Positions 58,192-64,000 of a DNA stretch of 64,000 bases are shown one piece after another; the first letter of the stretch is position 1; each line of letters opens with the position of its first letter. Source of the DNA: Candidatus Heimdallarchaeota archaeon (GTDB lineage Archaea; Asgardarchaeota; Heimdallarchaeia; Hodarchaeales; Hodarchaeaceae); contig JBHLSH010000003.1 in assembly GCA_048881705.1 (NCBI GenBank), forward strand, positions 1 through 64,000. The letters are read 5' to 3'. The position numbers were made by a program, and so were the translations under genes. Below the pieces are notes generated by a model. That model saw nothing but the letters and a program-made list of their open reading frames with translations, was not told the origin of the DNA and ran no database searches.

Positions 58192-58956
58192 TTAATTGAT
58201 CGAGTGACCTACCGCTAAATTTCCATCGAGAGATCGTGCCAGCCTTCGCCAATCTGTTCCTATCCCCAAAATTGCATAGAAAAAATGAATATGTGCTTCT
58301 TTTTCTTCAGTGATTTGCAACAACAGATCGATAAAACCTCCTCTACGGATATAATCGCTAACTAGTAGCAATTTCTTCCCTTGGATACCTTTTTTCCGAG
58401 ATGTAAAATACACTTGAGAGATTAATTCATTATCAATAAAATAAGGGTAACTACGGAAACGAGAAGGTGGTTGATTCGGTGGACGGAAAGATATACTCCT
58501 CCATGGTATCCTCATCACAGTAGAAAAGGCAATAGCGATGGGAACCGCCTCGGGATGAGTTAAAATGGCATCAAACTTGTCATTCGGAACCAGCTTTCGT
58601 TCCAGGGTGTGGAATACCAAAAGATTGATTCTTTCTGGATAGGAAAGAATGCCGTTGAGATCAATTAAAAGCGGAATTAACGTTTGATCAACTTCAATAT
58701 ACGGAAGGATGAGATCCCTTTCAATATTGAGCTCGCTCTTGAGGAAATCCAAGAAAAATACTTCCTTCTCAAGGGGAATCGACACTTCTCCTCTTAAATA
58801 ACGGGAGAGCTGGGGATAGGAAAATTTCTTAGATTCTTGTCTTCCAAACTGTGCGATGGACAAATATAAAGCCCTTACTGATTTGAATCTTTTCAACAAC
58901 AGCCTTAAACTTAGGAGAATCAAGCTTTTTCTATAACAACCTTCATATTCAGTCAT
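58192..58956 (-). CDS. HTH plus degenerate phosphoribosyltransferase domain protein (PurR-like architecture), probable regulator
   Basis: HTH-like FSYPQLSRYLRG, PRT-fold AVPIAIAFS and KLLLVSDYIRRGG (degenerate VDD loop). ATG 58956 is preferred over 58998. Confidence 0.65.
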   Translation of the reverse strand: MTEYEGCYRKSLILLSLRLLLKRFKSVRALYLSIAQFGRQESKKFSYPQLSRYLRGEVSIPLEKEVFFLDFLKSELNIERDLILPYIEVDQTLIPLLIDLNGILSYPERINLLVFHTLERKLVPNDKFDAILTHPEAVPIAIAFSTVMRIPWRSISFRPPNQPPSRFRSYPYFIDNELISQVYFTSRKKGIQGKKLLLVSDYIRRGGFIDLLLQITEEKEAHIHFFYAILGIGTDWRRLARSLDGNLAVGHSIN

Positions 58957-58960
58957 GGAA

Positions 58961-59002
58961 TAATCTTCCCTAAGATTACACAAATATGAACAATACATTG
59001 TT
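58961..59002. promoter_or_regulatory. Two palindromes upstream of the HTH-PRT gene, in the divergent ECF promoter region
   Basis: TAATCTT-CCCT-AAGATTA (58961-58978) and AACAAT-AC-ATTGTT (58989-59002), both perfect inverted repeats. Confidence 0.45.
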
Positions 59003-59123
59003 TTATGGGCAGAAAATATTTCCAGTTTTTTAAACTATGTCGTGAAAATGCAATATTCCTGATTGACACGTCTTTATTCAATAGTTAAGCTTTTTACCTA
59101 TCCAACACTTAGACCTTTTCACC

Positions 59124-59891
59124 ATGTCTTCCGCTCAAAGTTCCCCTTCGAGGGATATAATCCTGGTGAGACAGGTGGCACTGGCCGCGACTTTTACGGC
59201 CTTGGTTTTTTTGGCTACTTCCCTCTTTTACCTGGCTCTTGTTGCATCTTCTGGATTTTTCAATCTTGGAGAAGCTTTTGTTTATCTGGCTGCATTAATT
59301 GGCGGGCCCATAGTTGGTGCCGTGGCAGGAGGCCTTGGTTCCGCTATGGCTGATGCTTTTCTTGGTTATGGGACGTTTGTTCCAGCTACTTTGTTCTTAA
59401 AAGGATTAGAAGGCTTTGTTGCGGGTTTCCTGTTTCAATATGGTAAAGAAGGAGATCCTCGTTTGCGTAGGATCATCCTCATTGGAGTAACAGGATTTGT
59501 TATCCTATTCTCTGTATATGTTACAACTCCAGTGCTAAATGGAGTTCCTGAGTCAGTGAATGTCCAAGGAAGTTTTGTATTTGGCGATAGCGAATTTCCA
59601 TTCTCTTTTCCAGGACTTATCCTCGTGATGATTTCCATAGTTCTCTCAGTAATTATCTGGTGGATAGAATTTCGATTGGGAAGTAAAGGCCAGATGGCCA
59701 TTGCTTGTATAATAGCAGGCCCGATCATAATTGTAGGATACTTTTTGTATGAAGTCATGATCCTTTCAATCGCTCCAGAGGCTGCTCTTTCCGAAGTTCC
59801 GTTTAATATTGCCCAGGTGGTCTTTGGGACGTTAATTGCGGTTCCGATTGTAGCCTACTTAAAAGAACTCGGAATACTTCGTGAACCCTAA
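59124..59891 (+). CDS. ECF transporter S component with an internal membrane insertion
   Basis: AATFTALVFLAT, GFFNLGEAFVY, GAVAGGLGSAMADA, KGLEG, EVPFNIAQ. Confidence 0.85.
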   Translation: MSSAQSSPSRDIILVRQVALAATFTALVFLATSLFYLALVASSGFFNLGEAFVYLAALIGGPIVGAVAGGLGSAMADAFLGYGTFVPATLFLKGLEGFVAGFLFQYGKEGDPRLRRIILIGVTGFVILFSVYVTTPVLNGVPESVNVQGSFVFGDSEFPFSFPGLILVMISIVLSVIIWWIEFRLGSKGQMAIACIIAGPIIIVGYFLYEVMILSIAPEAALSEVPFNIAQVVFGTLIAVPIVAYLKELGILREP

Positions 59892-59953
59892 GGCTATCGA
59901 TCATCTAGGATGCTGCTGTAGCCCCTACAATATTTATTAGTTGGAGAAACCTA

Positions 59954-60766
59954 TTGCTCGAACTTAAGGACGTTTCCATGAAATATAATGGTTCTTCAAG
60001 TTGGACCTTGAAGCATATATCCTTCTTGGCAAAGAAAGGTAATTTGGTGGTAGTTACAGGGGAAAGTGGTTCTGGAAAATCGACGTTGGCTAGTTTGATA
60101 ATTCGATTGATACCTGATTTTATTTCTGCGGAAATTTTGGGAGAAATTTTGTACCATGGAACAAGTATTCACAATATACCCCGCACAGAACTATTTGCTG
60201 CTTTTGGGTACGTTCCTCAGTACCCAGCTGACTATACTACCACAATGGTGGTAGAAGAAGAAATAGTATTTCCCCTTGAAAACCTGGGATTATCTCGCGA
60301 GGAGATCTCTATCCGTCTAAACGATGTATTGAAAGAGTTGGAAATATCTCATCTACGGCATCGGCTTTTACTAGAGCTCAGTTCAGGGGAGCTACAGAAG
60401 ATCGCGTTGGCAGCAGCGTTGGTAACAAGCCCAAAAATCCTTATCTTGGATGAACCCATGGCTAGGATTGATCCACGGTCTGAGATAAAATTAGCCACGA
60501 AGCTCAAAAGTTTGGCAAGAAAGGGGATACTAGTTATTGCATTTGAACACAGACTGGACTATCTACTCGCAGAAGCAGATATGGTTATTGTTTTGAAAAA
60601 CGGGAGAATCACTAACATTGGATCTCCCAAGGAAGTTGTATCGGGGATGAAAGACGTAGATATCCCAGAAATATCAACCCTAATTGTGGGTACCGAGCGG
60701 TCATATCCCCTGGCAATCGATGAGGCGATTGACATAATGAAGAACAATATAGAACTACAAAGGTGA
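59954..60766 (+). CDS. ecfA: ECF transporter ATPase (EcfA)
   Basis: Walker A GESGSGKS, Q-loop VPQ, LSSGELQK, Walker B ILDEP, EHR. TTG start. Confidence 0.9.
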   Translation: MLELKDVSMKYNGSSSWTLKHISFLAKKGNLVVVTGESGSGKSTLASLIIRLIPDFISAEILGEILYHGTSIHNIPRTELFAAFGYVPQYPADYTTTMVVEEEIVFPLENLGLSREEISIRLNDVLKELEISHLRHRLLLELSSGELQKIALAAALVTSPKILILDEPMARIDPRSEIKLATKLKSLARKGILVIAFEHRLDYLLAEADMVIVLKNGRITNIGSPKEVVSGMKDVDIPEISTLIVGTERSYPLAIDEAIDIMKNNIELQR

Positions 60767-60770
60767 TTTA

Positions 60771-61547
60771 TTGGTTTCTGTCCAGACCCGTGACATCTGG
60801 TTCAGATACTCAGGCCACTCTGAGTTCATTTTAAAATCCGTATCATGGGGAGTTTCCAATTCACAATCGATTGGGGTATTGGGAACAAATGGATCTGGGA
60901 AGAGTACTTTTTTACGCTTATTGGCCGGAATAATTACCTCAGAAAGAGGATCTGTATTAATCAATGGGAAAAAGGTTGTAGGGGTGGAAACGACTCGTGG
61001 TCTTGTCAGTTTTGTACCTGAGAATGCAAAACTATTTTTGGTTGGGCCTACAGGTTTCCGAGACCTACTTCGAATAGATCCGGACCCAGATAAAGTCAAT
61101 CGACTCATAAACAAATATAAACTTACTGATATTATCAATTCAAAACTATACGCACTATCAGAAGGTCAACGAAGATTATTAGCTCTGTTTGCTGCGTTTC
61201 AGCTGCCCTGTCAAATACTATTATTCGATGAACCAACTATTGGCCTTGATACGAGTGGAAGACAGCTCTTCACTCAATTAGTCGGAGATGCGACTCAGGC
61301 TGGAAAGATAGTATTCATTGCAACAAATGATTCCCGTTTGTTTTCTCATGTGGACAAAATCATTGTACTAGAGGGGGGAGGGATAAAACTGAATGGAATG
61401 ACACGGGATATCCTGTATCGTCTGGAAGGAGAATCAAATCTGGTTCCGTCTCAATTAGTTCGAACTGTTAAACGTCTTCAATCCTTATACCCTAATTTTC
61501 CGTCTGTGTTACATATCGAGGAATTAAACTCAGTATTGTCGAGGTAG
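60771..61547 (+). CDS. ECF transporter ATPase (EcfA')
   Basis: Walker A GTNGSGKS, LSEGQRR, LFDEPT; the H-loop reads ATND. TTG start. Confidence 0.85.
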   Translation: MVSVQTRDIWFRYSGHSEFILKSVSWGVSNSQSIGVLGTNGSGKSTFLRLLAGIITSERGSVLINGKKVVGVETTRGLVSFVPENAKLFLVGPTGFRDLLRIDPDPDKVNRLINKYKLTDIINSKLYALSEGQRRLLALFAAFQLPCQILLFDEPTIGLDTSGRQLFTQLVGDATQAGKIVFIATNDSRLFSHVDKIIVLEGGGIKLNGMTRDILYRLEGESNLVPSQLVRTVKRLQSLYPNFPSVLHIEELNSVLSR

Positions 61548-61555
61548 GGATAACA

Positions 61556-62254
61556 TTGTCTCATATGCTAAGAAGAATTCGCCAAGGCCTTCTATATCGT
61601 CCCGAGGCATTTCATCTTCACCCAGGATTGGGCCTGCTTATCCTCGTTATACAGTTTACGCTTCTAATTCGACAATCCCCCCTTCTACTCATCATCCTGG
61701 TTCTGATTACATTTCTGGAAAACTTGCTGGTCGGAAATCTGCGTGGGTCTCTTGAACTGATTTGGGGACTATTACCCCTTATGGTTCTTCTAGGTATCAT
61801 TACTTTGCTTGTAGCAAATATAGGCAGCGTAATTACGCTAATCTTACGTTTGATATCAGGGGCTTTGATTTTTTCTTTCTTTTTTGTTGTCACAAACCCA
61901 GCAGACCTAACCCGGTTCTTGGAAAGACTAAAAATTCCCGCTCGCTGGGCTATTATTCCAAGTCTTGCCTTAACCCTGGTTCCTCGAATAGCAAAGGATA
62001 CAGAAGAAACATTCGAAGCTTTGACATTTAGGGGTGAATTATCGGGCAGGTTCTATAGATGGGCTCCCCGTGCCCTTGCGATTTTGGTTGCTTCTGCTCT
62101 TTATCGATCTGAACTGTTAGCTCAGGCTTTATACTACAAGGGTTTTGGTGTTAGATCGCGAAAGCATTATCGCTCAATATTAATAAGAAGATTGGACCTT
62201 ATCAGATTCGGTTTGTGGATATTTATCCTATATGGGGCCATAACAGTATTTTAA
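61556..62254 (+). CDS. ecfT: ECF transporter transmembrane coupling component (EcfT)
   Basis: Hydrophobic N-half, TNPADL, VPRI, and two coupling motifs (FRG and YKG, variants of ARG). TTG start. Confidence 0.85.
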   Translation: MSHMLRRIRQGLLYRPEAFHLHPGLGLLILVIQFTLLIRQSPLLLIILVLITFLENLLVGNLRGSLELIWGLLPLMVLLGIITLLVANIGSVITLILRLISGALIFSFFFVVTNPADLTRFLERLKIPARWAIIPSLALTLVPRIAKDTEETFEALTFRGELSGRFYRWAPRALAILVASALYRSELLAQALYYKGFGVRSRKHYRSILIRRLDLIRFGLWIFILYGAITVF

Positions 62255-62258
62255 TGAG

Positions 62259-62960
62259 TTATTTGGGATGTGATAGCGGATTAGATTGAAGAAAAACGAC
62301 CTGTTGATCTTTGATGCGAATAAACGAAAAATCAGCCATATGAATGAAAAAACCTGGGTAATTTTCATCTTCAAATTTCTTACCTAATAAAAGAAGAAAA
62401 ATAACTGTAAAAGGGCCACCGTGGGCAACTATGCCAATTTTCTCCTTATCAAAATGAATGTGGGAATCAAAAAATCTCGTAAAACCGATTTCTACACGGT
62501 TCCAGAATTCTTCTATGCTTTCTCCGCCAGGAAATTTATAATCCTTGCGCGTTATCAATAATCGAAATACTAAGGAAGAGGGAAACTCCCACCATCTCTG
62601 TGGGGGATGATATTCAACTGGATATTTCCGTAAGACATCGTGTTCCGACATCCCTCCCAGCTCCCCGAGATCAATTTCAGAACACCATAAATGCTCTTGG
62701 GGGTCGTGGAGAGGTGGCAGGCTTGGATTTTCTTTACAGATGATGGAAGCTGTTTGCCTAGCCCTTTTCAAAGGACTGGATATAAGTGAGTCCAAAGAAT
62801 ATCTTCTGAGAGCGAGTCCAAGGATCTTAGCTCGCTGAACGCCATGCTTACTTAATGGTGTTTGCGGATGAACCCAATGACCCGATAAGAAAGCGGGCTC
62901 AGCGTGACGGATTAAAAATAGGTCAAGATTAAGATTTTGTAGATCCATTGATGAAATCAT
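62259..62960 (-). CDS. Histidine phosphatase (phosphoglycerate mutase-like) family protein
   Basis: LIRHAE, SSPLKRARQTA, EIDLG, PGGES, VAHGG. Confidence 0.9.
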   Translation of the reverse strand: MISSMDLQNLNLDLFLIRHAEPAFLSGHWVHPQTPLSKHGVQRAKILGLALRRYSLDSLISSPLKRARQTASIICKENPSLPPLHDPQEHLWCSEIDLGELGGMSEHDVLRKYPVEYHPPQRWWEFPSSLVFRLLITRKDYKFPGGESIEEFWNRVEIGFTRFFDSHIHFDKEKIGIVAHGGPFTVIFLLLLGKKFEDENYPGFFIHMADFSFIRIKDQQVVFLQSNPLSHPK

Positions 62961-63088
62961 CCTTCAGCTGTAAAGTCGATCGAATTAAGGTTCATCTGAC
63001 GAGGGGAATAATCTTACCGGCTTATTTTTCTGGGGAACAAAAACCACAATTTGGACTCAAGTATATCAATCGGACCATATTAATGATT

Positions 63089-63880
63089 TCATCCTCGTGC
63101 TTTTCCCGATATTGATTCGTTTCGAGCACGCGCCTCATCAAGGATCTTTTGAGCTGCGCGGAGGTGTTGTTTTATTGTCAGCTGAGTATAGGATGGAGTC
63201 GGTGATGCTAATAGTTGCATAACTCCGGAAATTCGGTAATTATTTCTAAGGAGAGAATCGATCAGTTCCCGATCAATTGACGGAAAAAGAAATGTAAAAT
63301 GAATTATATTCTCAAAAGAAAAAACATAGCGCTCCCACAATTCCGACTGCTTGGGAAGATTTCTGATCACTTCTTCACGCCTTTTTTTCCAGTTCTCAGA
63401 GATCCCTTCTCTTAAACGATCAAGGAATTGATCAAGTAGTGTCTCTTCCTTGATGACTGTCCGCATAGTATGCATGATCGCCATGGGATAATACGGAACC
63501 GCGTCTTGAACCGAATAATAGTCACGAACGTGCGTAGTAGAAAACGTAAAAGGAACGAGAAGAAAGAATCCGCTGGCGGCACCTATAATTTCCTTGGAAT
63601 CAGCATCCTCAAGCCAAATTGAAAAAAGTCTTGCGCTCCGCGGATCTATGTCAGGAATATCTTTTGACCAAGCATGTAGATTAGTAAAATCAATAACCCA
63701 TGGACCAAACATTTCGAATATCTTTGAAGTATCAACCTCTCGATCACCAAAATATCTCTCAATAGCGCTAGCTTGGTCGAATCTTATCATCCTTTCAAGA
63801 TCGATTGGGTCCTCTCTGCCGTCATGTATTATCAAGTTCAGACTTTGGGGTGTTCTTTTCATTGTATCCAACCGTAGCAA
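63089..63880 (-). CDS. Hypothetical protein, possibly a degenerate GNAT fold
   Basis: 263-aa ORF with TTG start; IWLED...EIIGAASG and RELIDSLLRNNYRI loosely resemble GNAT strand and terminal motifs. Confidence 0.55.
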   Translation of the reverse strand: MLRLDTMKRTPQSLNLIIHDGREDPIDLERMIRFDQASAIERYFGDREVDTSKIFEMFGPWVIDFTNLHAWSKDIPDIDPRSARLFSIWLEDADSKEIIGAASGFFLLVPFTFSTTHVRDYYSVQDAVPYYPMAIMHTMRTVIKEETLLDQFLDRLREGISENWKKRREEVIRNLPKQSELWERYVFSFENIIHFTFLFPSIDRELIDSLLRNNYRISGVMQLLASPTPSYTQLTIKQHLRAAQKILDEARARNESISGKARG

Positions 63881-64000
63881 ATAATCAATTCGTATTTAGA
63901 GAGCTCAGATCAGTAATCTGTTGCCCGATAGGAAGAGGGATGCAAAATTATAAGGATGGGCAAAGACGTATTTAGGTTTTGGTCATAAGTATCAATGCAA

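Noticed and set aside
63885-64000. Possible 3' end of another minus-strand gene at the window edge (…CIDTYDQNLNTSLPILIILHPSSYRATDY*)
   Set aside because: Only about 29 codons are visible, which is not enough to support a call.

Overview
Gene-dense archaeal chromosomal window with no rRNA, tRNA, CRISPR array or transposase found. It is most likely from an Asgard archaeon (Heimdallarchaeia-like). This is an inference from eukaryotic-signature proteins (two-domain gelsolin, Rab-like GTPase, longin/uDENN-like domains) occurring beside archaeal-type housekeeping genes (type II GAPDH, Cdc48, PAC2, pyrBI). Layout: (1-7 kb) minus-strand run of nucleotidyltransferase, hydrolase, PRTase, M32 peptidase, transglutaminase-like protein and an orphan DNA methyltransferase; (7-13 kb) de novo pyrimidine cluster pyrB-I-D-K / pyrC-F / pyrE; (13-31 kb) GH13, CorA, a second orphan MTase, transport and metabolic genes; (31-50.6 kb) the most unusual part, described next; (51-64 kb) serS, a proteostasis/GTPase run (PAC2, O-MTase, Cdc48, Hsp20, Rab-like GTPase, metallophosphoesterase), an HTH-PRTase regulator divergent from an ECF transporter operon, a histidine phosphatase and a hypothetical gene. 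The 31-50.6 kb block holds four co-oriented genes: a 4144-aa membrane-anchored surface protein with 13 exactly phased 624-bp repeats; a 1526-aa paralog with the same head and one repeat but a cytoplasmic longin-like tail; a uDENN/longin-like coiled-coil protein that probably starts at a CTG codon; and a gelsolin with an extra C-terminal domain. It is proposed, as a hypothesis only, to be a trans-envelope adhesion/signalling-to-actin module. All family calls come from motif recognition by eye; no database searches were run.
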